Assembly (NCBI GenBank): GCA_900771345.1
Contig: CAAGNQ010000045.1
Location: 33,230 to 97,229, forward strand
Direction: 5' to 3'
DNA: 64,000 nucleotides
Source: Clostridia bacterium
Lineage (GTDB): Bacteria > Bacillota > Clostridia > Christensenellales > Borkfalkiaceae
This document shows, piece after piece, positions 17,912 through 26,939 of this stretch (position 1 is its first letter; each line of letters begins with the position of its first letter). The position numbers and the translations under genes are program-made. Below the pieces are notes generated by a model. The model saw only the letters and a program-made list of their open reading frames with translations, had not been told where the DNA came from and did no database searches.

Positions 17912-18704
17912 AATTTTTTTCCTCCATAAAGAATGGGTGCAGGATAACCTCGAAGCCATCAAAATTTAGGCTATCCACAACACATACCGTTATATTATTA
18001 AATATATTCGACTTGTCTAAAATATATATCTTTAACTGCTCTATTTTTACGGCTAATTTTTTCTCCTCGCCGTTTATCGTTTTAATGGTAATTTTTCTAA
18101 ATTTGGTCTTGGATATATTATCTCCTAGCAAGTTTTTCAAAAGGTAGAGTGAGCAAAAAATTATGGGGCTATCGTTATCGTAAGCGCTGTTACCCGTATC
18201 CATAAATCCTTTGGTTTTAACAATGTTTTTGCCCATTTTTAGTTCTATCTCGTAAACATATTTTAAAATCTCTTTTTTATGATAAAAGTATTTTATAACC
18301 TTAAATGAAAATTTATATAAAATATAAACGGGAACAAAGGTTAATAGGATTGATATTTCCGTTTGATAAGGAATAGAAAATATCGCGTAGATGCCGATAA
18401 TCGCGCCACCGAATAAAAAGGTTAAAAGAAAAAAAGTGAGCGAGGTCAAAAACAGTTTTCTAAGCGTAAAATATCTTATGCTAAGCGAAACTATTAATGC
18501 GCCTGATAGAAGTTTATAGGCTATGCTTAGCAATTTAACATGCTCAATTATCGGATAGAATAAAGATAAAAGCGCACCGAAAAACGCGCAAATAAAAAGC
18601 CTCTTTCGCTTTATATCCTGACCGATAGTAGCGAAAGTGGCTTTAAGTAGCAAATAGTCTATTATAAAATTGTTTATTAAAACGTATTCAATATAAACTT
18701 GCAT
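17874..18704 (-). CDS. spoIIGA: sigma-E processing peptidase SpoIIGA
   Basis: 276 aa. 5 TM N-terminal half ([17 protein letters not shown]) and a C-terminal aspartic protease block containing GFMDTGN. Directly upstream of sigE. Confidence 0.85.
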   Translation of the reverse strand: MQVYIEYVLINNFIIDYLLLKATFATIGQDIKRKRLFICAFFGALLSLFYPIIEHVKLLSIAYKLLSGALIVSLSIRYFTLRKLFLTSLTFFLLTFLFGGAIIGIYAIFSIPYQTEISILLTFVPVYILYKFSFKVIKYFYHKKEILKYVYEIELKMGKNIVKTKGFMDTGNSAYDNDSPIIFCSLYLLKNLLGDNISKTKFRKITIKTINGEEKKLAVKIEQLKIYILDKSNIFNNITVCVVDSLNFDGFEVILHPFFMEEKNYAKCNEEAKKIS

Positions 18705-18802
18705 TTTCGCTCCGTGTTAGTAGAATAACACGGCAAAAGGCAAGTAATAGGTATTTTTCTCGTTCTTTTTTTCTTTTTTTGCCGAATGAAAGGCAAACGG
18801 GC

Positions 18803-19912
18803 TTATTTCATAAAGTCTAAAATTATATCGTTTTGAACGTAAAGATATTCATCTTTGATTTTCAAAACACCGTCAGAAATGGTGATAAAAGGCGCTTTTT
18901 TATCCAAGACTTTTTTATAATCTTTTATAAAATCCGAGTTAAATTCCTTATTAAACTCGTTAATATTAAGTCCAAACGAAGTGCGAAGAGAGAGCATAAT
19001 CTTTTCAAACTTGGCGTCCTCAACCTCAATAATATCGCTTGAAATTTCAGGGGTTTTGTTAAAAATTATCGCATTCATATACTCGTCGATACTAAAAGAG
19101 TTAGTAAACCTTCTGTTCTGCATAAACGAACTTGCCGAAACGCCCACACCAATATATTCTCCCCTCATCCAGTAGTTTAAATTATGGCGTGAATAATATC
19201 CCTCTTTTGCAAAATTTGAAACTTCGTATCTATCATATCCCTTTTCTTTAAGATACTTAGTTATCTCTTCATAAATTTCTGCTGTTTGGTCGTCAGAGAG
19301 TAGTTCTCCGTTAAGATAATCGGTATAAATCGGCGTGCCAACTTCTGGCGTTAGCGCGTAAACGGAAATATGCTTTACCCCACTCGCAACACAAAGGTCA
19401 ACGCTCTTTTTAACCTCGTCAGCCGTCTGCTCGTGAAGTCCGATAAGTAGGTCTGCACTAGTGTTTTCGCCCTTTAGCATATTCATGCAAATCAAAAAGT
19501 CTTTAGCCGTATGAACCCTATTAAGTTTTTTAAGTTGCTCGTCAAAACCCGTTTGAAGTCCTATTGAAAACCTGTTTATCCCAACGCTTTTATACATATC
19601 TATTTTTTCTTTATCCACAGTGCCAGGATTGATTTCTATAGTAATTTCAGCGTCGTCTTTAACCGAAAAGCACTTTCTTGCCTGACGGATTGCCCCTGCA
19701 ATAAACTTTGGCTCTACGATAGACGGCGTTCCACCACCTATATATATAGTATCGATAATAGTTTTAGGATATTGCTTTGCTCGTCCGGAAATTTCACGAT
19801 AAAGACAGGCAAAATAACTCTCTGTTTTGCCTATCTCACGAGGGAAAGACGCAAAGTCGCAATAGGTGCATTTTTGCTTGCAAAATGGAACGTGAATATA
19901 AAGCCCTGCCAT
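18803..19912 (-). CDS. hemW: radical SAM family heme chaperone HemW (coproporphyrinogen III oxidase-like)
   Basis: 369 aa. LYIHVPFCKQKCTYCDF (CxxxCxxC radical SAM motif) and GGGTPS. Conserved lepA-hemW linkage. Confidence 0.9.
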   Translation of the reverse strand: MAGLYIHVPFCKQKCTYCDFASFPREIGKTESYFACLYREISGRAKQYPKTIIDTIYIGGGTPSIVEPKFIAGAIRQARKCFSVKDDAEITIEINPGTVDKEKIDMYKSVGINRFSIGLQTGFDEQLKKLNRVHTAKDFLICMNMLKGENTSADLLIGLHEQTADEVKKSVDLCVASGVKHISVYALTPEVGTPIYTDYLNGELLSDDQTAEIYEEITKYLKEKGYDRYEVSNFAKEGYYSRHNLNYWMRGEYIGVGVSASSFMQNRRFTNSFSIDEYMNAIIFNKTPEISSDIIEVEDAKFEKIMLSLRTSFGLNINEFNKEFNSDFIKDYKKVLDKKAPFITISDGVLKIKDEYLYVQNDIILDFMK

Positions 19913-19920
19913 ATTTCCTC

Positions 19921-21732
19921 CTATTTATCGTTATCAGTTTTAAGAATGGATATAAACGCTTCAGACGGAATTTCAACAGTGCCGATTGAGCGCATTTTCT
20001 TCTTTCCTTCTTTTTGCTTTTCTAAAAGTTTTTTCTTTCTGGTTACGTCACCACCGTAACATTTAGCAAGAACGTCTTTTCTGAACGCCTTAACCGTTTC
20101 TCTTGCAATAATCTTTCCACCTACTGCCGCTTGAATAGGAATTTCAAACATTTGGCGTGGAATAACCTCCTTTAGTTTTTCGGCAATTTGTCTGCCACGC
20201 TCGTATACTTTATCTTTATGCACGATTATAGAAAGCGCGTCGCAAACGTCACCGTTAAGGAGCATATCAAGTTTAACTAGTTCGCTCCTTTGATAGCCTG
20301 CAATCTCATAGTCAAACGAGGCGTAACCTTTAGTTCTCGACTTAAGACTATCGAAAAAGTCGTAGATAATCTCGTTTAGAGGCAGGGTATATTTTAATTC
20401 TACCCTCGTTTTGTCAAGATACACCATGTCCTTATAAACCCCTCGCTTATACTGGCAAAGTTCCATAATAGGCCCAACGTAGTCGGGTGGTGTTAAAATA
20501 CTTGCGTTTATAATTGGCTCTTCCATATATTCAATCTCGGTAACCGGTGGAAGATGAGTAGGATTTTCAACGACCATCTGACTGCCGTCTGTTTTATAAA
20601 CCTTATATGAAACTGACGGAGCAGTCGTAATAATTGCTAGGTCAAACTCCCTTTCAATCCTCTCTTGAATAACGTCCATATGCAGTAGCCCCAAAAATCC
20701 ACACCTAAACCCAAATCCAAGCGCAACAGAATTATCAGGCTCAATGGATAATGCCGCGTCGTTAAGTTTAAGTTTTAAAAGAGCGTCCTTTAGGTCGTTA
20801 AATTTACTGCCGTCTAGTGGGAATACTCCTGAAAAGACCATAGGCAGTGCCTTTTTATAGCCGGCAAGTGGCTCTGTTGCAGGGTTATTAACGTCTGTTA
20901 TCGTATCGCCAACAGCCGTGTCCTCAATGCTTTTAATACTAGCCGCAATATACCCAACCTCGCCTGCCGAAAGTTGGTCTTTGGGTTGCATTTTTGGCGT
21001 GAAAACACCAACTTCAGTAACGTCAAACTGCTTATCAGACATAAAGGTTTTTATCTTCGTGCCCACCTTAACGCTACCGTCAATAATTCTAACAAAGCAT
21101 ATAACGCCCTTAAAATTATCGTAGTAACTATCAAAAATTAGCGCTTTAAGTGGAGCGTTTTCATCCCCTCTAGGCTCTGGAATTTTTTGAATAATCTGTT
21201 CTAAAACTTCTTCTATATTTAACCCTGTTTTTGCTGAAATCCTAGGTGCGTCCTCTGCTTCTATCCCTAAAATCTCCTCAATTTCAGTCGCAATCTCGTC
21301 AGGGCGAGCAGACGGCAAATCTACCTTGTTAATAACAGGCATAATCTCCAAATCGTTATCTATTGCAAGATAAGCGTTTGCGAGCGTCTGCGCTTGCACG
21401 CCTTGAGTTGAGTCTACGATAAGAATTGCCCCCTCGCAAGCCTTAAGCGACCTTGAAACCTCGTAGGTAAAATCTACGTGGCCAGGAGTGTCAATTAGGT
21501 TAAAAATATATTCTTCACCGTTTTTTGCCTTGTAAAACATACGAACGGGGGTAAGTTTTATGGTAATTCCCCTCTCGCGCTCTAGGTCCATAGAATCTAG
21601 AAGTTGCTCTTCCATATCACGCTCGCTAACCTGCCCCGTTTTTTCCATAAGACGGTCTGCAAGCGTGCTTTTGCCGTGGTCGATATGTGCTACTATGCAA
21701 AAATTTCTAACGTTTTTCTTGTTTATTGACAT
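19921..21732 (-). CDS. lepA: translation elongation factor 4 (LepA)
   Basis: 603 aa. [33 protein letters not shown] GTPase motifs and the LepA-specific C-terminus. Confidence 0.97.
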   Translation of the reverse strand: MSINKKNVRNFCIVAHIDHGKSTLADRLMEKTGQVSERDMEEQLLDSMDLERERGITIKLTPVRMFYKAKNGEEYIFNLIDTPGHVDFTYEVSRSLKACEGAILIVDSTQGVQAQTLANAYLAIDNDLEIMPVINKVDLPSARPDEIATEIEEILGIEAEDAPRISAKTGLNIEEVLEQIIQKIPEPRGDENAPLKALIFDSYYDNFKGVICFVRIIDGSVKVGTKIKTFMSDKQFDVTEVGVFTPKMQPKDQLSAGEVGYIAASIKSIEDTAVGDTITDVNNPATEPLAGYKKALPMVFSGVFPLDGSKFNDLKDALLKLKLNDAALSIEPDNSVALGFGFRCGFLGLLHMDVIQERIEREFDLAIITTAPSVSYKVYKTDGSQMVVENPTHLPPVTEIEYMEEPIINASILTPPDYVGPIMELCQYKRGVYKDMVYLDKTRVELKYTLPLNEIIYDFFDSLKSRTKGYASFDYEIAGYQRSELVKLDMLLNGDVCDALSIIVHKDKVYERGRQIAEKLKEVIPRQMFEIPIQAAVGGKIIARETVKAFRKDVLAKCYGGDVTRKKKLLEKQKEGKKKMRSIGTVEIPSEAFISILKTDNDK

Positions 21733-21826
21733 AATTCACCTTTTGATGTACAATATTAGACAGTGTATAATTATACACTGAAAATCAATTTTTTGCAAGT
21801 ATTTTGTATTATACGGGAGTGGTTAG

Positions 21827-22540
21827 ATGAAACTGGATAAAAATTTTTGGCTGTTTTTTAGACCGATTGCTCATAGAGGGCTTTGGAATGAATTTGTGGT
21901 GGAAAATTCTATTACGGCTTACGAGCGCGCAATCGCCCATAACTATCCCATAGAAATTGACCTTTTTTTAACAAAAGACGGGCATTTAGTCTGCTTTCAC
22001 GACGATAATTTAGAGAGAATGACGGGAGTAAACGAGTTTATTTATAATAAAACGCTTGATGAGTTAAAGGGGTTATCGCTAAATAACACTCACGAAAAAA
22101 TCCCCACCTTTGACGAAGTTTTAGAACTCTGCGAGGGCAAAACGCCACTACTTATTGAAATTAAAAATCAGCCTAATAAAAATGTTGTTAAAAGGGTTGT
22201 TTCGAGGCTAAAAGATTATAAGGGCGAGTTTGCCATTCAATCTTTTAATCCATTTTATATAAACGAGGTTAGAAAACTTGCGCCAAACTTTGTTCGTGGC
22301 GTGCTTGGAAGTGATAAAACCGAGGAAAATTTATCAAAAATAAAAAAATTTGTCGTTAAAAATATGCCTTTTAACTTTATTTGCAAACCTCATTTTATCA
22401 GTTTTTGCTATACGGGTTTTCCTCTTAAAAATCCTAAAAATTTACCAACTCTCGCTTGGACGATTACCAGTCAAGAAACAGCCGACTATATAAAAGACAA
22501 AGCAGACAATATAATTTTTGAAAACTTTATCCCAAAATAA
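21827..22540 (+). CDS. glycerophosphodiester phosphodiesterase family protein
   Basis: 237 aa. IAHRG...ENS...A...G...IEIDL..TKDG..VCFHD is a GDPD catalytic pattern. Confidence 0.85.
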   Translation: MKLDKNFWLFFRPIAHRGLWNEFVVENSITAYERAIAHNYPIEIDLFLTKDGHLVCFHDDNLERMTGVNEFIYNKTLDELKGLSLNNTHEKIPTFDEVLELCEGKTPLLIEIKNQPNKNVVKRVVSRLKDYKGEFAIQSFNPFYINEVRKLAPNFVRGVLGSDKTEENLSKIKKFVVKNMPFNFICKPHFISFCYTGFPLKNPKNLPTLAWTITSQETADYIKDKADNIIFENFIPK

Positions 22541-22567
22541 AAAAGCACCAACGCAGGTGCTTTTTTG
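22540..22567. terminator. bidirectional intrinsic terminator (GDPD / cysK)
   Basis: AAAAAGCACC-AACGCA-GGTGCTTTTTT. Confidence 0.75.
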
Positions 22568-22576
22568 CATTGTTTT

Positions 22577-23509
22577 TTATTCGCCGTCAAATAGTGGGGT
22601 GGAGAAATAGCGTTCTGCAGTGTCCGGAAGGACGGTTACCACCGTTTTGCCTTCGCCAAGTTCTTTTGCTAACTTAATGGCTGCAGCAACGTTCGTGCCT
22701 GAAGAAATTCCACACATTATCCCCTCTTTCCTCGCTAAATCTTTTGAGGTTGCCAAAGCCTCTTCATCAGAAATAATGCAAATTTTCTCATAAATATCGC
22801 AGTTTAGTACGGGTGGAATAAGCCCGTCGCCAATGCCCATTTGGATATGCGTTCCTATCGTGCCTCCTGCTAAAATAGCGGCGTTTTCAGGCTCGACTGC
22901 CCAAATTTTAATATCTGGGTTTTGCGCTTTTAGAACTTCGCCTATACCGGTGATTGTTCCTCCCGTGCCAATGCCTGAACAAAATCCGTGAATAGGGCCT
23001 GCCACCTGCTCCAAAATTTCTAGGCCCGTATGATGACGGTGAACGGTGGGGTTTGCAGGGTTTTCAAACTGCTGTGGAACGAATACGTTTGGGTTTTCCT
23101 TTTGCATAGAAAGTGCCTTTTTTAAGCACCTATCAATACAATCTCCTATATTCCCGTCGTCGTGCATTAGGATTACCTCTGCGCCATAATGACGAACGAG
23201 TTTTCTCCTCTCTTCGCTGACCGAATCAGGCATTATTATAATGGTTTTATAACCTTTAACTGCGCCCACTAGCGCTAAACCTATTCCTTGATTGCCACTA
23301 GTTGGCTCTACGATAATAGTATCTTTATTTATTTTGCCTTTTTTCTCGGCGTCCTCTATCATATTAAACGCCACTCTGGTTTTAATCGAGCCACCCACGT
23401 TAAGCCCTTCAAATTTGACCAAAATATCGGCAGAGCCTGCCTCTTTCATTTTGTTTAATCTTATAATCGGGGTGTGCCCTATTGCCTCTAAAACGTTTTT
23501 ATAAACCAT
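22577..23509 (-). CDS. cysK: cysteine synthase A (O-acetylserine sulfhydrylase)
   Basis: 310 aa. IGHTPIIRLNK, GGSIKTR (PLP-lysine region), TSGNQGIGLA, GTGGTITG. Confidence 0.92.
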   Translation of the reverse strand: MVYKNVLEAIGHTPIIRLNKMKEAGSADILVKFEGLNVGGSIKTRVAFNMIEDAEKKGKINKDTIIVEPTSGNQGIGLALVGAVKGYKTIIIMPDSVSEERRKLVRHYGAEVILMHDDGNIGDCIDRCLKKALSMQKENPNVFVPQQFENPANPTVHRHHTGLEILEQVAGPIHGFCSGIGTGGTITGIGEVLKAQNPDIKIWAVEPENAAILAGGTIGTHIQMGIGDGLIPPVLNCDIYEKICIISDEEALATSKDLARKEGIMCGISSGTNVAAAIKLAKELGEGKTVVTVLPDTAERYFSTPLFDGE

Positions 23510-23576
23510 AATTTTTTTTCCTTTTGAATAATTCTACCACATAATATATGTTTTTGACAAGTTAAAAGATAACAAA

Positions 23577-24224
23577 TTAAACATTATTAAAATCTATCTT
23601 AAATATTTCAATCTTTTGGCTTGTTTTTGAACATACCGAGCATTTATAACCTTTGACTTTTGTTATCTCAAAAAAGCAAAACTCTTTATCATTGTTTATC
23701 ACTTTATTTTTATCAAAATCCACAAAAAAGCAACCAAGTGGCAACTTTAGTCCCTCTCCCACGAGTTTAACAAAACTTTCTTTGATAGTCCAAAGCCTAA
23801 AAAACATATCGGTTTTTTGAGATTTGTCGGCAATTTCTTGTAGTTTAGTTATTTCCTTTTGATGAAAACGTCTATTAGCCAGCCTAAAATCTACCTCTTT
23901 AACCCTTTCTATATCACAGCCGACCTCGCTATCGGATATAACGCACATAGCCATATCTTTTGAGTGCGATATGCTAAAAAACGCCTCGCCAGACTCTAAA
24001 AATGGCTTGCCGTTTTCATTATAAACGAGGTTATAATCATAAATATTATTTTCTTTAAGCGCAAGGTCTAATAAAATTGCACTCGCTAAAGATAGGCATT
24101 TATCCTCAATAAAGTTTAGCCTATCAATCTTTTCCCGGCGAGTATTATTAGCCTTGTTATAAAAACTTTCAAATGTAGTTTTGTTTTTAAGTGGCGTGAT
24201 ATCGCCTAAAAAAACTTTTATCAT
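23577..24224 (-). CDS. 4'-phosphopantetheinyl transferase, Sfp type
   Basis: 215 aa. FSISHSKDMAMCVIS..VGCDIE and WTIKESFVKLVGEG are the Sfp-family motifs. Confidence 0.8.
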   Translation of the reverse strand: MIKVFLGDITPLKNKTTFESFYNKANNTRREKIDRLNFIEDKCLSLASAILLDLALKENNIYDYNLVYNENGKPFLESGEAFFSISHSKDMAMCVISDSEVGCDIERVKEVDFRLANRRFHQKEITKLQEIADKSQKTDMFFRLWTIKESFVKLVGEGLKLPLGCFFVDFDKNKVINNDKEFCFFEITKVKGYKCSVCSKTSQKIEIFKIDFNNV

Positions 24225-24457
24225 TCTATTACTAATCTAAATTTTTTATCGTCTTTTTCTAGAATAACATAAACCTCGTTTCTTTTCAAGTTTTTTGATA
24301 AAATAAGACTAAAGGTTTAGATAATAATATTATCATGCTAGCATTTTGATATCTTTTTATTGCAAAGCGCATTTTTTTGTGATATACTACTCAAAAAGTG
24401 TTTGGGAATTTTCTTTATTAGTAAATTTTTGCTAGTAAATTAAGTATAATAAAAAAT

Positions 24458-25438
24458 ATGAGTGAAATTTTTGATAAAAACGTTTATAGGGATAGCAATA
24501 AAAAGGTTAAAGTTATTATTGACACCGACCCTGGTGTTGACGATACTGCTTGTTTAATCTACGCTCTTGCAGACAGCAATATTGAGGTCAAACTTTTAAC
24601 CACGGTTGCAGGAAATATAAGCGTTGATACTTCGACTAGAAATCTCTTGCATTTGCTAGATATTCTAGGGCGCGATATTCCCGTGGCTAAAGGCGCGAAA
24701 TCTGCAATGAATAGAATTAGCCCGACGGCAGAATTTATTCACGGCAAAGAGGGGCTTGGTGGATATTTCCCACCTAAAGAGGCTAGAAAAAAGGTTATTG
24801 ATGAGGACGCCGTTAGTGCTATGTATAGAGTGCTAAAAGAGGGGGACGGGGATATTTTTCTCGTTGCGTTAGGCCCTCAAACTAATATCGCAACTCTTTT
24901 GCAAAAGCACCCTGATATTAAGGATAAAATCCCTAAAATCGTTATTATGGGTGGCTCGCCGTTTGGCAATCCCGATTATTTTGACCATATTTCCTTTAAC
25001 ACTTCGTCAGACCCCGAGGCGTACAGCGTTTTGCTAGCAAGTGGCATTCCTTTGCTCGTTGCCCCCTCGCATATAGGCAGGTTTAAGACCCATCTTGACG
25101 AAAAGTTCGTTTTTAATCTTAAAAATTTTGGGGATATTGGAAAACTGCTCTTTTCAATGTATCAAAAATACTGGGAGCCAAACTATCCGACAAAGCGAGT
25201 TACAACAAACGATACGGCGGCACTTTTTTCTCTAGTTTATCCTAAACTTTTTGTTACTAAAAAGATTAAGGCTAGCGTGAATACTGACGACGCCCCGGGC
25301 AAAACTTCTATTGAGTTCGTAAACGACGGAAATATCCTCTTCGTGCACGACGTTGATAGAGAGGCCTTTTTAAGTCTTTTAAGGTCTGAACTTGAAAAAA
25401 TGAAGGATATTAAACTGGGCGCTGACTTTAACATTTAA
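24458..25438 (+). CDS. nucleoside hydrolase (inosine-uridine preferring, IUNH family)
   Basis: 326 aa. VIIDTDPGVDDTACLIYAL is the N-terminal aspartate cluster of IUNH. No SD before the ATG (see findings). Confidence 0.85.
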   Translation: MSEIFDKNVYRDSNKKVKVIIDTDPGVDDTACLIYALADSNIEVKLLTTVAGNISVDTSTRNLLHLLDILGRDIPVAKGAKSAMNRISPTAEFIHGKEGLGGYFPPKEARKKVIDEDAVSAMYRVLKEGDGDIFLVALGPQTNIATLLQKHPDIKDKIPKIVIMGGSPFGNPDYFDHISFNTSSDPEAYSVLLASGIPLLVAPSHIGRFKTHLDEKFVFNLKNFGDIGKLLFSMYQKYWEPNYPTKRVTTNDTAALFSLVYPKLFVTKKIKASVNTDDAPGKTSIEFVNDGNILFVHDVDREAFLSLLRSELEKMKDIKLGADFNI

Positions 25439-25455
25439 ATCTTAATTAAAATTTA

Positions 25456-25495
25456 GGGCGTGTGCTAAACTTAAGCACACGCCCGTTCTGTTTTT
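25456..25495. terminator. intrinsic terminator (nucleoside hydrolase / lipoprotein gene)
   Basis: GGGCGTGTGCT-AAACTTA-AGCACACGCCC, followed by GTTCTGTTTTT. Confidence 0.7.
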
Positions 25496-25506
25496 ATAAT
25501 AATCTA

Positions 25507-26433
25507 TTATAGCCCACCTGTAATATCGCCGTTTTCGTATTTATCAAGTCCTGCTGGGGCTTTAATATTTCCGTCAAAAGGCTTAATTTCGATTTTAGCG
25601 TCGTAACTTATTCCCATAAACGAGAAGTCGATAACCGTTTTATAGCCAATTAGTTCTTTGGTCTCGTTATTGTAAACGAAAATAACTTCAAAATCCTTAA
25701 AGTCATAGTTTTCTATCTCGCCTAACATAGGTGTACTAGAAAGTTCTTCCTTTAGTTTATCTCCGTCAACTGTAAGTTTAATCTTACGAGCAGTATCGTC
25801 GCTAAAGTCAATTTCTATTTTGCCCATTTTTTCAAAGTCAACTATAGCGTCTTCTAGGTCAAACTCAACGAAGTTTAGTCCTAGCGCATCTCCTCCAGAT
25901 AAGCCTGTTAAACTCTCTATTTGGTCAAAATCAACTTCCTGTTTGTACTTATAATCTTTGTTAATCGTTTGGTTGCCGTCAGTCCCCTCTATTTTCATAT
26001 CAGCGTAAGCAACTTCGCCGTCAAAATAAATGCTTCCTTGCGCTAATGCGTCCATATTTTCGCCAGCACCTGACGCCTCTACGTCAGCCTTAACGTCGGC
26101 AAGAGAAATAATCTTTCCCTCTTTGTTAGCAACCTTAAGCGAAGAATCATAGTTATACTTTGCATAGATTTGCCCACCTAAATCGCCAAAGTCCATTTCC
26201 ATCTCCATATCCATTTTAATAGTTAGTTCATAGCCCTTGCCTTTAGCAATCTCCTCAGCATCATAACTTATTGATTTATCTGACTCTTTAAGTTCTGTCT
26301 TTAATGCCGTAATTTCATCAGCAGTTGCCTCTTTATAATTGCCGTTAAAGGTCGAGTCTCCAAAACAACCGAATAAACTGCAACAAGAAATCGCAACGAT
26401 TAGCGATAAAGTTAATGATAGTAATTTTTTCAT
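25507..26433 (-). CDS. putative lipoprotein, acidic, function unknown
   Basis: 308 aa. Signal peptide with a lipobox-like SLFGC. SD AGGAGGAG. No family recognised. Confidence 0.65.
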   Translation of the reverse strand: MKKLLSLTLSLIVAISCCSLFGCFGDSTFNGNYKEATADEITALKTELKESDKSISYDAEEIAKGKGYELTIKMDMEMEMDFGDLGGQIYAKYNYDSSLKVANKEGKIISLADVKADVEASGAGENMDALAQGSIYFDGEVAYADMKIEGTDGNQTINKDYKYKQEVDFDQIESLTGLSGGDALGLNFVEFDLEDAIVDFEKMGKIEIDFSDDTARKIKLTVDGDKLKEELSSTPMLGEIENYDFKDFEVIFVYNNETKELIGYKTVIDFSFMGISYDAKIEIKPFDGNIKAPAGLDKYENGDITGGL

Positions 26434-26465
26434 AGTGTCTCTCCTCCTATATTAATGGTATTCTA

Positions 26466-26494
26466 ATTTTACCCCAAAAGTCACAAAATGTCAA
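26466..26494 (-). promoter_or_regulatory. sigma-A type promoter of the lipoprotein gene
   Basis: TTGACA (26494-26489), 17-nt spacer, TAAAAT (26471-26466) on the minus strand. Confidence 0.55.
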
Positions 26495-26719
26495 TGCCTT
26501 CTTAAAATTTATTCTTGCAAAAATTATCGAAAAACCTTTTTGCTTAACGAAATTTTCTCCTAATACTCCTCCATTTTATTACGGAGGACTTCGTCCAAGT
26601 CCGTCCATTGTTCTTTACAAAAAAACAGAGAGCACTTTCGTTTGCTCGCTCCTAATTCAAGTCCGTCCATTGTACTGCCATAAACAAAAAACACCACCCT
26701 AATGGATAGTGTTTTTTGT

Positions 26720-26806
26720 TGGTGCCGCTGGCCGGACTTGAACCGGCACGGTATCGCTACCACTGGATTTTGAGTCCAGCGCGTCTGCCAATTTCACCAC
26801 AGCGGC
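26720..26806 (-). tRNA. tRNA-Leu (anticodon CAA), CCA encoded
   Basis: Folded by hand. Acceptor GCCGCTG/CAGCGGC, anticodon arm CTGGA-CTCAAAA-TCCAG (anticodon CAA), long variable arm, T arm GCCGG-TTCAAGT-CCGGC, 3' ACCA. 87 nt. Confidence 0.93.
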
Positions 26807-26939
26807 ATATTCTTTTCGTTTCCCTTGATTTATTTTCTTTTTTTTGTTAAAATTATACGTAGAGGGTTTCGCTCTCCTCTCTTGCTATAAGATAATATCA
26901 CAATTTTTGTTAAATAGCAAGCATATTCGAGGGTTTTAT

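Noticed and set aside
18780-18786. TGCCGAA, a Spo0A-box (TGNCGAA) match upstream of spoIIGA.
   Set aside because: The location is right for the spoIIG promoter, but a single 7-mer match in a 98-bp spacer is not enough evidence. No second box or clear -35/-10 was identified.
26560-26763. 67-aa minus-strand ORF and its internal 36-aa sub-ORF.
   Set aside because: The 5' part is the tRNA-Leu gene and its terminator. There is no SD. The two DNA repeat copies fall in different reading frames, arguing against coding.
26844-26939. N-terminal extensions in the track ORFs for polA, and similarly for dnaA (to 50225), dnaN (to 58398), the Lrp/AsnC regulator (to 5954), the SDR (from 46134), sigE (to 17962) and the SBP (to 62454).
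   Set aside because: In each case an internal ATG with a good SD matches the conserved N-terminus of the family. The extensions are hydrophobic or low-complexity read-through of promoter DNA.
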